A stretch of 45,353 nucleotides of DNA, from assembly GCA_964370955.1 (NCBI GenBank), contig CAYJLL010000001.1:1-45353 (forward strand), given 5' to 3'. Below the pieces are notes generated by a model. The model searched no databases and had not been told where the DNA came from. It was given only the letters and a program-made list of their open reading frames with translations. A program made the translations under genes and the position numbers. Shown here piece by piece: positions 9,639-19,198 of this stretch. The DNA is from an uncultured Rikenellaceae bacterium (lineage in GTDB: Bacteria > Bacteroidota > Bacteroidia > Bacteroidales > Rikenellaceae). The stretch's first letter is position 1; the number at the start of each line of letters is the position of its first letter.

Positions 9639-11465
9639 ATGAAAGTAAGTAAATATATATTATCGTTTTTTATCCTTCTTTTCACTTTTGCTGCCCCTCA
9701 GGTAAGAGCGCAGGTGAGTTATGACTTGCAGGCTCCGATGAGTGTTGTTGAGGGCGAGAGATTTCGAGTAGCTTTTGTCCTTACCAATGGCGAGGATGTC
9801 AAGGATTTCACTCAACCCAAATTCACAAATGCCGATGTGCTGGCGGGCCCAACCACAGCAACAGGCACCAACTATTCGAATATTAATGGAGTCTCAAAAA
9901 CCACTATTACTCGCAGCTACACTTATGTCCTGCAAGCTAAAAGTGGTAATATTACCGTAGGCCCATCTTCGATTGTAGCCTCTGGCAAGACCTACAAAAC
10001 AGCCTCGACAACCATAGACGTTGGCACAGGCTCTGCAGAGGGAGGAAGTGGTTATCAGGGTCGCCCAACCGGAGCGGCAACCATGGCAAAGGACGATATC
10101 CTGCTGCGATTAGATGTGAGCAAAACGAAAGTCTATAAGGGCGAGGCGCTTAGTGCAACTCTTTCTATCTATACTCGTGTGGGAATCTCGAATCTCGAAT
10201 CGGCAAAATATTCTGATTTCTCTGGTTTTTGGAGTCAAGAGTTGAAAGTCTCACAGAATGAGCGTTCGCGCGCTACCATTTCGGGAAAAAGCTACGAGGT
10301 GATACCTCTGAGACGCTGGTTAGTTTTTCCTCAGCGCACAGGCGAGCTGACTATAGAGTCGAGTTCGTTTGATGCCATAGCCCAATTGGTCACTCGTGCA
10401 AACGGAAATTCTTTGTTTGATGATTTCTTTGGAAATAATACCAATGTGGAGAGTCGAAGAATCAAAATCACCAGCCCCAAAGTGAAAGTCACAGTGTTGC
10501 CAACTCCCGAAGGTGCGCCAGATAGTTTTGATGGAGCAGTGGGCGAATTTACTATGGAGAGTTCTATATCAAACAATACGCTATCTGCAAATAGTGCGGG
10601 GAGTATTATTGTTAAACTCAGCGGTAAAGGTGATTTCCCTTTAATTGGAGTTCCTACCATTGAGATGCCAGCGGGCATAGAGCTCTATGACGCCAAGACA
10701 GAAGATGTGCTTCAGAACTCCATTGGTGGTACTAGCGGCACCCGCACCTGGGAATTCCCATTTGTCACTCGTGCCGAGGGCGATTACACCATCCCTGCGG
10801 TAACTTTCAGTTATTTTGATATTGCCACCAAGAGCTATAAAACCCTAACTAGTGGTGATTTCAATATGACAGTCACCCGCGATGAAGGAGGATCGGGTGG
10901 AGAAACCACCGCAGGAGCCTTTATCTCGGGGGTTACTCGTGAGAACTTGAAAGTCCTAGGGCGTGATATACGTTTTATTATGGTGGGTAATCCCGAGCTG
11001 ACAGCAGGGGCGAGTGCAATGGTATATAGTGTGTGGTATTGGTGTGTGGTGCTGGCATTGGTGATGGCCTTCTTTGTGGTGCTTAGAATGCTCAGACGTA
11101 TGATCGTTAAGCGCGAGGATGTTGCGCACACCAAGAATAAAAAAGCTAATAAAGTAGCTCTTCGCCGCCTGCGTAAAGCGCGTGGTTTTATGGCTTCATC
11201 TCGAGGTGCGGAATTCTTCGAGGAGATGCTCAAGGCGCTTTGGGGTTATGTGGGTGATAAACTCTCAATCGAGGTGTCGGAGCTGACCAAAGAGCGTGTG
11301 AAGGTTGAACTCTCACAGAGAGGAGTGCACGACGATCAATCGGATATGCTGCTCGAATTAATCGGCCAATGCGAGATGGCTCAGTACGCCCCTTCGGTGG
11401 CAGTACCCATGGAACAGGCCTATCAAACAGCTCTCGAGATTATCGGAGCTATGGAATTAAAATAG
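9639..11465 (+). CDS. batD: BatD protein
   Basis: Signal peptide; three beta-rich BatD-like repeats (FSGFWSQE, FDGAVGEF); TM helix; C-terminal ALWGYVGDKL..CEMAQYAP. Confidence 0.9.
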   Translation: MKVSKYILSFFILLFTFAAPQVRAQVSYDLQAPMSVVEGERFRVAFVLTNGEDVKDFTQPKFTNADVLAGPTTATGTNYSNINGVSKTTITRSYTYVLQAKSGNITVGPSSIVASGKTYKTASTTIDVGTGSAEGGSGYQGRPTGAATMAKDDILLRLDVSKTKVYKGEALSATLSIYTRVGISNLESAKYSDFSGFWSQELKVSQNERSRATISGKSYEVIPLRRWLVFPQRTGELTIESSSFDAIAQLVTRANGNSLFDDFFGNNTNVESRRIKITSPKVKVTVLPTPEGAPDSFDGAVGEFTMESSISNNTLSANSAGSIIVKLSGKGDFPLIGVPTIEMPAGIELYDAKTEDVLQNSIGGTSGTRTWEFPFVTRAEGDYTIPAVTFSYFDIATKSYKTLTSGDFNMTVTRDEGGSGGETTAGAFISGVTRENLKVLGRDIRFIMVGNPELTAGASAMVYSVWYWCVVLALVMAFFVVLRMLRRMIVKREDVAHTKNKKANKVALRRLRKARGFMASSRGAEFFEEMLKALWGYVGDKLSIEVSELTKERVKVELSQRGVHDDQSDMLLELIGQCEMAQYAPSVAVPMEQAYQTALEIIGAMELK

Positions 11466-11482
11466 ATAATACAGAGATAACT

Positions 11483-12352
11483 ATGATTAAGAAGATATTT
11501 TTATTTGCTCTATTTAGTGCCCTAAGTCTCACCTCTTGGGCGCAAAACCCAAGTGACAGCCTTGTTGTGGATACAAACATGCAGGCTGCGAGCGAAACCA
11601 CAGGCAATGTTGAGGGCGGAACTGCAAACACTTCCATGTCGACTCTTGGTGGCAACGATGCTCTATGGGCGTCGGCAAACGAGAGCTATCGCCAAGGACA
11701 ATACCCAAAGGCTGTGAGCGACTATGAGGCAATTCTCACAAGTGGCGAGAGTTCAGCTGCTTTGTTCTTTAACCTTGCTAATGCCTACTTTCAGCAGAAT
11801 CGCTTAGGCAAAGCCCTGGTGAACTACTATCGTGCGCAGAATCTCGACCCCTCAAACGAAGATATACTCTATAATTTGGAGCTCGCACAGGCTCGCACTA
11901 AAGATAAAATAGAACCAGTGCCTCAGATTTTCTTTGTTCGTTGGTTTAGAGCCCTTGGCGATGCTTTTTCAAGCAATGCTTGGGCGGTGATCTCGCTTGT
12001 GATGCTGGTGGCAACCCTGTTGGGATTGATGCTGTGGTTGCTGGGCAAAGGCTTGGCTCTGCGAAAAGCAGGCTTCTTTGTTGGGATAGTTTGTAGTATC
12101 CTATTTGTGGTTGCTTTGAGCTATTCGTTTTCTTCGGCGCAAAATCTCTATGATAATTCGGGAGCAGTAGTAATCAATTCGGCAGCACCCGTTAAGAGTT
12201 CACCTTCATCGGGCAGCACAGATCTGTTTATTGTAAACGAAGGAACCTATCTTGAGATACTCCAAACCCTCGAGGATTGGAGCGAAATTCGCCTTGCTGA
12301 CGGTAATAAGGGTTGGATGTTAAGCTCGGCTATAGAAGCGCTAGCTCTCTAG
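11483..12352 (+). CDS. batE: BatE TPR + SH3 protein
   Basis: ATG at 11483 begins a signal peptide (the ORF-track start at 11369 overlaps batD); TPRs (FNLANAYF); two TM helices; C-terminal SH3-like WSEIRLADGNKGW. Confidence 0.88.
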   Translation: MIKKIFLFALFSALSLTSWAQNPSDSLVVDTNMQAASETTGNVEGGTANTSMSTLGGNDALWASANESYRQGQYPKAVSDYEAILTSGESSAALFFNLANAYFQQNRLGKALVNYYRAQNLDPSNEDILYNLELAQARTKDKIEPVPQIFFVRWFRALGDAFSSNAWAVISLVMLVATLLGLMLWLLGKGLALRKAGFFVGIVCSILFVVALSYSFSSAQNLYDNSGAVVINSAAPVKSSPSSGSTDLFIVNEGTYLEILQTLEDWSEIRLADGNKGWMLSSAIEALAL

Positions 12353-12382
12353 AGGCCAATACTTACTAAGCAAAGCCCAAGA

Positions 12383-12433
12383 AATGAGCGTCAAGATACT
12401 GTGCATTAGAGATGCAGTATCTTGACGCTCATT
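12383..12433. terminator. Long inverted repeat between convergent batE and the TonB-dependent receptor gene
   Basis: Perfect 19-bp arms aatgagcgtcaagatactg (12383-12401) and cagtatcttgacgctcatt (12415-12433) with a 13-nt spacer; only weak U-tracts. Confidence 0.7.
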
Positions 12434-12464
12434 CGTTTTCTCACGCAGCCAACGAAGGGTGGAA

Positions 12465-14888
12465 CTAAAATTCTATTATGATCCCGAAAGTGGGGATAAC
12501 AGTTCCTCCGATCTCATTGGGGTAGCTCTCCATCACATAGTACCCAGGTCGAGAGGGGTCGGTAATGTAGTTTCCGTTGGCATCTTCCTCTGGAAGAAGT
12601 ATATCTAGGCCATAGGCTTTATAGTTGTAGAGGTTCTGAATATCGAGATACAGAGCCAGAGTCCACTTGTCGAAATACCATGATTTATCGACCCTCAGAT
12701 CCAATTGATGAAAGGCTGGAAGTCGCACAGAGTTTACCACCGAATAATCCAATACGGGTTGGCCGTTTGTGTTCCACTGGCCAATCTGCGATGACTTCAA
12801 ATAATCATAAGGCGTTGTGGGTGCTCCACCCATATATCTCCACCTGATCCCCACGTCCCAACCTCGTCCGAGCTCACGCGATAGCATAAGATTGAATATA
12901 TGGCGATAGTCCCAATTCGTTGGAATATAATTACCTGTGGGCTGAAAATCACGATCTAATTTGCGATACTCACTATAAAAATAAGTGTAGGAGGTTGATA
13001 GGTTTACTCCCCATAGATTACTATTATTATAAGCCAGCTCTAGTCCATAGGCCCTCAGGCGACCAACTGAAGCTGTGGGCTCTGTTCCCACTGCAAAAAC
13101 ATCGCTCCCTGTGCTGCCAATAGCAGTTGAGTCCACCAGAGACATAGGGTAGTCGCCATAGGCTTTATAGAAACCCTCGAGGGTTAGTTTTTGATCGTCA
13201 TTGGGGTTTATTTCAAATCCTGCGGTTAATTGATTTGAGCTCATATATTTCACCCTATCTTTGTTCACTAACACCCCTTGCGAGTTGCGGTAGCCCATAG
13301 TCGAGTAGCCTGGCTCTTGGTAGTAGCGACCCACATTGGCATTGAATTTCCACTTGGGGGCAAATTTATAACTCAGTGCAAGGCGTGGTGAGAATTGCTC
13401 CAAGGGATTGGAAGTCATACCACTATAAGAGTTTCCATCCACACGAAATGAAAAGTTCAATCTCAGGCGAGAATCAAAATAACTCTTATCTATCCCTCCA
13501 TAGAGAGCGTAACGTGAAAGAGATAGCACGCTAGAGTATTGATTGAGTACTGTGGAAAGATCGTCAAGATAGATCAACTGAGAATTATAACTATCATACC
13601 ACCCACGCTGGTAGGACACTCCGCTGTTGAGCGAATAGCCCCCACCCAGTGACACATTGTAAGCAACTCGCGCCTTTAGTTCAGTTTCATTTGAGAGATA
13701 ATCTAGGCTTTTTTGTTTGCTTTTGTCGTTGTCGATCCATTTTTGGAGTTTGTTGTTGAGTTTATTTGTACTCAAAATAAAATCCAGCGAGCCGCTAGAG
13801 GGGTAGTGCGTAAATACTCCTCCTGCCACATAGCTCCATTGGTCGTTCTCGGGCAAATAATCGAGTAGTTGTTGAGATGAAGGGCTCAAATCCTCCATGT
13901 CGTTATTGAGGCGATTAATATCATAAGACCCTAGAGCAAGCAGAGTTAGTTTGTTGCGAGAATCAAATTTGTAGGTGTATTTGAACTGAGCATCTTGATA
14001 GGTTGGCAAAAAGGGCAGCTTCAGTGCCGAGAATAAAAATTGTAGATAGCTCACCCTGTACGAGGCAATAAGTCCACTTTTTTCACCCAGCGGAGTGTCG
14101 ATAGTAAGCGCAACGTCTGAGGCTCCGACAGAAATTTTGGTATCTATTTCTTCGCTGTTCGGATTTTTCATCCTCAGATCCATCACCGAGCTCAGAGCGT
14201 TACCCCTAGAGGCAGGAAATGCCGAGGTGTAGAGCGTGACGCCGCTGAGGAAATCGCTATTGACAATAGAGGCATTTCCACCGCTAGCGCCCTGAGTTTG
14301 AAAGTGATTGAGAACGGGTATTTCTATGCGATCGAGATAGAATTTATTTTCGTTGGGACCTCCACCCCTAACTATCAAATCATTGCGGTTAATATTAGCA
14401 GCCGCCACACCTGGAAGATTTTGCACCACCTTAGATATGTCGCGATTACCCCCAGGGGATTTTTCTATCTGTTGAACGTTGAGTTTGTAGACCCCAAGTG
14501 GCGGTGTTTCAATGCGCCTACGACTGCGCCCCACCACCTGAACCGCTCTGGCGCTCACGATATTAGTCTGCATCTCAATATCGAGAGTCTGCACCTGTGC
14601 ACGAGTCACTAGAAGCGGATCTGATACAACATTCTCAAAACCAATGGATTGGAATGACACCCTTTGATAGCCAGTAGGCACACGCTCTAGAGTGTACTGC
14701 CCCAAAGAGTCTGTATAAGTATAGACAGAGGTGCCCACCACCACAACCTGAATGAAATCCAAAGGATTTCCATTGGCTGTATTGGTGACCACCCCTTTAA
14801 TGATTCCTGTTGGATTTTTTTGCTGAGCGAAAAGCGTCGTACAGCAAAGAAAAAATAGCGATAGGCAAGCAGCTCTAAGAATATTCAT
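12465..14888 (-). CDS. TonB-dependent outer-membrane receptor (carboxypeptidase-regulatory-like N domain, plug, barrel)
   Basis: Signal peptide from the ATG at 14888; plug motifs LPGV..RNDLIVRGG.PNEN; barrel motif RLPAFHQLDLRVDK; C-terminal Phe. A promoter element at 14922-14929 argues against the 14924 start. Confidence 0.88.
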   Translation of the reverse strand: MNILRAACLSLFFLCCTTLFAQQKNPTGIIKGVVTNTANGNPLDFIQVVVVGTSVYTYTDSLGQYTLERVPTGYQRVSFQSIGFENVVSDPLLVTRAQVQTLDIEMQTNIVSARAVQVVGRSRRRIETPPLGVYKLNVQQIEKSPGGNRDISKVVQNLPGVAAANINRNDLIVRGGGPNENKFYLDRIEIPVLNHFQTQGASGGNASIVNSDFLSGVTLYTSAFPASRGNALSSVMDLRMKNPNSEEIDTKISVGASDVALTIDTPLGEKSGLIASYRVSYLQFLFSALKLPFLPTYQDAQFKYTYKFDSRNKLTLLALGSYDINRLNNDMEDLSPSSQQLLDYLPENDQWSYVAGGVFTHYPSSGSLDFILSTNKLNNKLQKWIDNDKSKQKSLDYLSNETELKARVAYNVSLGGGYSLNSGVSYQRGWYDSYNSQLIYLDDLSTVLNQYSSVLSLSRYALYGGIDKSYFDSRLRLNFSFRVDGNSYSGMTSNPLEQFSPRLALSYKFAPKWKFNANVGRYYQEPGYSTMGYRNSQGVLVNKDRVKYMSSNQLTAGFEINPNDDQKLTLEGFYKAYGDYPMSLVDSTAIGSTGSDVFAVGTEPTASVGRLRAYGLELAYNNSNLWGVNLSTSYTYFYSEYRKLDRDFQPTGNYIPTNWDYRHIFNLMLSRELGRGWDVGIRWRYMGGAPTTPYDYLKSSQIGQWNTNGQPVLDYSVVNSVRLPAFHQLDLRVDKSWYFDKWTLALYLDIQNLYNYKAYGLDILLPEEDANGNYITDPSRPGYYVMESYPNEIGGTVIPTFGIIIEF

Positions 14889-14921
14889 TTTGTCGGCAAG
14901 AATTAGATCAATAACATGCGA

Positions 14922-14929
14922 CAAAGCTA
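14922..14929 (-). promoter_or_regulatory. Bacteroidota sigma-A -7 element for the TonB-dependent receptor
   Basis: TAGCTTTG on the minus strand matches TAnnTTTG, 33 nt upstream of the ATG at 14888. Confidence 0.6.
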
Positions 14930-14942
14930 AGCAAATATTATG

Positions 14943-15173
14943 CTAAAGTTCGCCTTTTTCTAATATTTTCTCTACTTCTTCTTGGGTTTTGAGCAATTTA
15001 CCCTTGCATAGAGCTAGTAGTTCATTTGCACGCTTGACTTTTTGGGCCAGTGTGTCAATCTGAAGCTCTGAAGAGTTCATCTGCGCGAGTATACTTTCAA
15101 TCTCCGCCATTGCATCTTGATAACTTATGTTTTTCTTTGCAGCGGCTGTTGTAGTACTTTTTGCTGTGGGCAT
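14943..15173 (-). CDS. xseB: Exodeoxyribonuclease VII small subunit
   Basis: SYQDAMAEIESIL..LQIDTLAQKVKRANELLALCKGKL pattern; 76 aa. Confidence 0.9.
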   Translation of the reverse strand: MPTAKSTTTAAAKKNISYQDAMAEIESILAQMNSSELQIDTLAQKVKRANELLALCKGKLLKTQEEVEKILEKGEL

Positions 15174-15194
15174 TGCGATTGGAGGTTTTAGTTG

Positions 15195-16766
15195 TTATTT
15201 CTTCTCTTTGTAGGGCGATCCATCAGGGTAGCTCGGGTAGCTCCCGTCTTTGTAGGTTGGCAGCTGTGCATCAGTTCGCTTGAGGTAGCGAGTGAGGCGT
15301 TTTGCAAGGTCTTTTTGAATTTTGCTGTAAAGGGTGTTACCCTCTAGGTCAACAATCTCTGAGATGTCCTCTGCGATGTTGAAAAGTTTGGTCTCGCCAG
15401 TGGTGTAATAATAGATAAGTTTCATATCGCCCGAGATAATCGCACTCCAAGTGCCGATGCCGGGGCCCGTAGCACCCCACTCATTTGGGAAATGCCAGAA
15501 CATATCTTTCGCCGAGAGAGTATTGTGTTTTGGAGATGTTAGCAGTTTGGTTATATCACGACCCTCTACTTTTTGTACTGTTTTGTATTTGTCTACATCT
15601 GCAAGATTTAATATCGTAGGCATCAAATCTGTCACATCAACACTAACTCCAGTGGTGGTGTTCGCTTTCGCACTATTGGGTAGTGAAACAATCAAAGGTA
15701 CACGAATTCCACCCTCATAGGCAGATCCTTTACCTGAGTTAAGCGGGTAGTTGATTCTTCGTCCAAGGGTTGGGTGAGATTCGCGAGCGGAGATAGCAAA
15801 ACCACCATTGTCGGAGATGTAGAAAATAATAGTGTTATCTTCCAAATCATTATCTTTTAGGTATTGCATCAAATCGCCCAAACTCTTGTCGACCCCCTCG
15901 ACCATAGAGGCATACTGTGCCCATTGGTGAGAGTGCCCCATGTCTCGGTATTTTTGATAAAAGCGATTGTCTGCCTCAAATGGAACGTGAACTCCATAAT
16001 GACTCATATACAAATAGAAAGGTTTATCTTCCTTTTGAGCTTTATCCAGAGCCTTAATGGCCTCTAGCGTTAGGGCTTCGGTGGCAAATATATCCTGCCC
16101 CCAGTATTCTTCTAGACCCGGAATAGCAAAAGGTGATTGCTCTGTGGCCCCTACTTTATTACCAAAATTCTTTGTCCCCAGAAACGAAGCAGGTCCTCCT
16201 GCTGCGTGTCCTGCGATATTTATATCAAAGCCCAGATTCAAGGGGTTTTCACCAGGGGTGCTGACTGAACCAAAGTGCGCTTTGCCTACGTGGATAGTGA
16301 AGTAACCATTATCACGCAAGATCTCAGGGAATACCGTTGCCTCAAACGAGCGAGGCACATCTGCGCCCTCAGGTTGCAAGCCGTTGACATTCCACTGTGG
16401 GAAATTGAGGGTTTTATTTGCGCCATCTGTGGATTTATCATAGTGTAGAGTCCAGTTGGTCACTCGGTGGGTTGCTGGTCTCACGCCTGTCATTAGCGAA
16501 ACACGAGTGGGTGAGCTCACCGCCGAGGCATAGGCGTTGGTGAATTTAATGCCCTGTGATGCTAGTTTCTCGAGATTGGGGGTGTGGTACATACGGTTGA
16601 TGTCCGTAGTATCGCCCCACATAGGCAGCGAAGAGTCCTGCCACCCTAGGTCATCGACAATAAAAAATATGATATTAGGTTTCGTTTTCTCTGGTTTTGC
16701 GGCCTTGGCCGAATGGGGGGCGAGGGCAGCTCCTAGGGCTAGTGAGGGTAGGAGAATTTTGTTCAT
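15195..16766 (-). CDS. Formylglycine-dependent (S1) sulfatase, Ser-type, secreted
   Basis: KPNIIFFIVDDLG; signature SSPTRVSLMTG; GKAH; ISDNGG; GKGSAYEGGIRVP; signal peptide. Confidence 0.93.
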   Translation of the reverse strand: MNKILLPSLALGAALAPHSAKAAKPEKTKPNIIFFIVDDLGWQDSSLPMWGDTTDINRMYHTPNLEKLASQGIKFTNAYASAVSSPTRVSLMTGVRPATHRVTNWTLHYDKSTDGANKTLNFPQWNVNGLQPEGADVPRSFEATVFPEILRDNGYFTIHVGKAHFGSVSTPGENPLNLGFDINIAGHAAGGPASFLGTKNFGNKVGATEQSPFAIPGLEEYWGQDIFATEALTLEAIKALDKAQKEDKPFYLYMSHYGVHVPFEADNRFYQKYRDMGHSHQWAQYASMVEGVDKSLGDLMQYLKDNDLEDNTIIFYISDNGGFAISARESHPTLGRRINYPLNSGKGSAYEGGIRVPLIVSLPNSAKANTTTGVSVDVTDLMPTILNLADVDKYKTVQKVEGRDITKLLTSPKHNTLSAKDMFWHFPNEWGATGPGIGTWSAIISGDMKLIYYYTTGETKLFNIAEDISEIVDLEGNTLYSKIQKDLAKRLTRYLKRTDAQLPTYKDGSYPSYPDGSPYKEKK

Positions 16767-16804
16767 AAGTGGGAAATTTGAGTGTGTTTGTGGTTAAGTG
16801 GATA

Positions 16805-16812
16805 CAAAGATA
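16805..16812 (-). promoter_or_regulatory. -7 promoter element for sulfatase-xseB
   Basis: TATCTTTG on the minus strand, 38 nt upstream of the ATG. Confidence 0.65.
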
Positions 16813-16855
16813 TTATTTTTCTATTAAAATTCTTTTATTCTCTCGTCTAAATTTG

Positions 16856-16863
16856 TATTTTTG
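16856..16863 (+). promoter_or_regulatory. -7 promoter element for the RelA/SpoT gene
   Basis: TATTTTTG followed by CA, 25 nt upstream of the ATG at 16889. Confidence 0.6.
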
Positions 16864-16888
16864 CAGATATAGCAAAACAACACGCTTT

Positions 16889-19039
16889 ATGTTTAGAGAA
16901 TTAAAAGAATTTACGGCTCTTTGTCGAAGCACCTTTAGTCAGGCATCTTGCCTTTCAATACGCCAAGCACTCAAAATCGCTCTTCGAGAGCTGAAAGATA
17001 AAACCAGATATGACGGTTCACCTTTTGTGAAGCACTCCTTGGGGGTTGCCAGCATTGTGATCAAAGACATAGGACTGGGGCGTAACTCTACGGTCGCCTC
17101 GCTGCTGCATGATGTTTCAAGAATGGGAGCCATAAGCGAGAGCGAGGTGGTAGAACTATTTGGCGAGAAGGTTGCCGAGATTCTCCGAGGGATGAACAAT
17201 ATCTCACAGGTCGACCCTAAGACCTCGACCCTTCAGATTGACAACTTCAAAGAGCTTATCGTTAGCTATTCGACCGACCCTCGTGTGATTCTCATCAAGA
17301 TTGCCGATAGATTGGAGGTGATGCGTTCGTTGGAGAGTTTCCCAATGGGTAAGCGAACCAAAAAATCATGGGAGACCCTGCATCTCTACGCACCTATTGC
17401 CCACAAACTGGGACTCTATAGCATCAAATCGGAGATGGAAGATCTCGCTTTGTATAATCTCGAGACCAAAGAATATCAAGCAATCAAACGCTCATTGGCG
17501 GAGAGTGAGAGTGCGCGCGAGGCTTTTATTGCAGACTTTGTGGTGCCCATCAATGAAAAACTATCTGCCGTTGGCATCAAATACAAACTCAAGGCGCGCA
17601 CTAAATCCATCTACTCGATTTGGCGTAAGATGAAACGTCAGAATATCCCCTTTGAGAAGGTTTACGATATTTTTGCTATTCGTATCATTATCGATTGTCC
17701 TTCGGAGCTCGAAAAAAGCCAATGTTGGATTTCTTACTCCATCGTAACAGACTGCTACATACCGAACTCTGACCGCCTTAGGGATTGGATTTCAATACCC
17801 AAATCTAATGGCTATGAATCGCTCCACGCAACGGTGGTCACAACCACTGGGCGCTGGGTTGAGGTTCAGATTCGCACTGAACGAATGGACGAGATTGCCG
17901 AAAAGGGTATGGCAGCCCACTGGCGCTATAAGGGCGTTGCAGGTGGAGGTGTGAGTTCGGAGCAATGGCTTGATAGGCTGCGCTATGCGGTGGAGAATAG
18001 CCCTTCGGACTTGGCTTTCAACGAGGAGCTTGATATGCAATTGGGTAGTAAAGAGATCTTTGTATTTACCCCCACGGGTGATATTCGCAAACTACCCAAA
18101 GGGGCGACTTTGCTGGATTTTGCTTTCGATATTCACTCCAATCTAGGGGTGCAGTGTGTGGGAGGCAGGATCAACGGGCGCAATGTACCCATTAAAGAGG
18201 TGCTCCAGAGCGGTGATATTGCTGAGGTGAACACCTCGAAGAACCAAAGCGCAAAGGCCGATTGGCTTTCGTTTGTGGTCTCTGGTAAAGCCAAAGCAAA
18301 GATAAAGCAAGTGTTGCGCGAGGACGAAGCCTCGGCTGCCTTGTTGGGGCGTGAGGAATTGGAACGCAAAATCAAAAACTGGAAAATCACTCAATACAAC
18401 ATAGAAGAGGCGGTAACCCTGTTGCTGAAACACTACAAACTCAAAACGGGGCTAGATGTCTATATGATGATAGCTCAAGATAAAGTCTCGATGCTCGAGA
18501 TTAAAGAGGTGCTAACGGGCGGACTTGTCAAAGAGGCTGCCAAACCAAGACGTGTAGTTCAAAAAATCGAGAAGAATTCCTCGAGCGACGATGCGCTTGT
18601 GGTTGACAAAGACCTCAAGGGTATAGACTATAAGTTGGGTAAGTGTTGTAATCCAATTTTCGGGGACGAGATTTTTGGTTTTGTGACCGTTTCTTCGGGT
18701 ATCACTATTCATAGTTGGAATTGTCCAAATGCTGCTCGCCTTAGGGAGCAATATCCCTATAGGGTGCTTAGTGCCAAATGGCGAGAGAACTTCAGCGGAG
18801 GACAATTCTTGAGTAATATCAAAATTGTGAGCGAGGATAGGCAAGGAGTGGCAAATGAAGTTATGGAGATGGTGGGTCGTGGACTGAAAATCAATGTTCG
18901 TTCGATAAACTTCACCGCTCGTGGGGGGCTTGCCGAAGGGCAGCTCTCAATCGAGGTAGGTAGTGCAACCCAGGTGGATATGGTTATTGCTAATCTCAAA
19001 AAAATCAAGGGGATTCTAAAAGCCGACCGCATAAACTAA
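16889..19039 (+). CDS. relA: Long RelA/SpoT homolog ((p)ppGpp synthetase; HD, SYNTH, TGS, ZFD and ACT domains)
   Basis: IKIADRL, YAPIAHKLG, RTKSIYSIWRKM, YDIFAIR, PKSNGYESLH, EVQIRT, TGS FVFTPTG..DFAFDIHS, CCNP..H..C. ATG at 16889 chosen because the upstream extension spans the promoter. Confidence 0.93.
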   Translation: MFRELKEFTALCRSTFSQASCLSIRQALKIALRELKDKTRYDGSPFVKHSLGVASIVIKDIGLGRNSTVASLLHDVSRMGAISESEVVELFGEKVAEILRGMNNISQVDPKTSTLQIDNFKELIVSYSTDPRVILIKIADRLEVMRSLESFPMGKRTKKSWETLHLYAPIAHKLGLYSIKSEMEDLALYNLETKEYQAIKRSLAESESAREAFIADFVVPINEKLSAVGIKYKLKARTKSIYSIWRKMKRQNIPFEKVYDIFAIRIIIDCPSELEKSQCWISYSIVTDCYIPNSDRLRDWISIPKSNGYESLHATVVTTTGRWVEVQIRTERMDEIAEKGMAAHWRYKGVAGGGVSSEQWLDRLRYAVENSPSDLAFNEELDMQLGSKEIFVFTPTGDIRKLPKGATLLDFAFDIHSNLGVQCVGGRINGRNVPIKEVLQSGDIAEVNTSKNQSAKADWLSFVVSGKAKAKIKQVLREDEASAALLGREELERKIKNWKITQYNIEEAVTLLLKHYKLKTGLDVYMMIAQDKVSMLEIKEVLTGGLVKEAAKPRRVVQKIEKNSSSDDALVVDKDLKGIDYKLGKCCNPIFGDEIFGFVTVSSGITIHSWNCPNAARLREQYPYRVLSAKWRENFSGGQFLSNIKIVSEDRQGVANEVMEMVGRGLKINVRSINFTARGGLAEGQLSIEVGSATQVDMVIANLKKIKGILKADRIN

Positions 19040-19157
19040 ATTAACCCTCTCATCTCAATGGCGATTTTTGGGGTTTTATCGGTGAGGTTTGCAAGCGGAT
19101 ATTCTCTAATTGAATTTATCTTGGGTGGAGGAGTCTAGGAAAATCATTTTTTAGCAT

Positions 19158-19165
19158 TACCTTTG
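19158..19165 (+). promoter_or_regulatory. -7 promoter element for phnA/yjdM
   Basis: TACCTTTG, 33 nt upstream of the ATG at 19199. Confidence 0.65.
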
Positions 19166-19198
19166 TCGCAGCAAAACTAAAACATAACAAAAAAGAAA

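Noticed and set aside
16769..16888. N-terminal extensions of track ORFs (relA here; likewise batE 11369, thiD 32137, TBDR 14924, M28 2872, hydrolase 40307, ftsB-like 33036)
   Set aside because: The extensions cross promoter elements, overlap upstream genes or precede an obvious signal peptide. Downstream ATGs match the family N-termini.
19040..19157. Intergenic region after relA as a possible sRNA
   Set aside because: I found no convincing stem-loop, terminator or known RNA motif.
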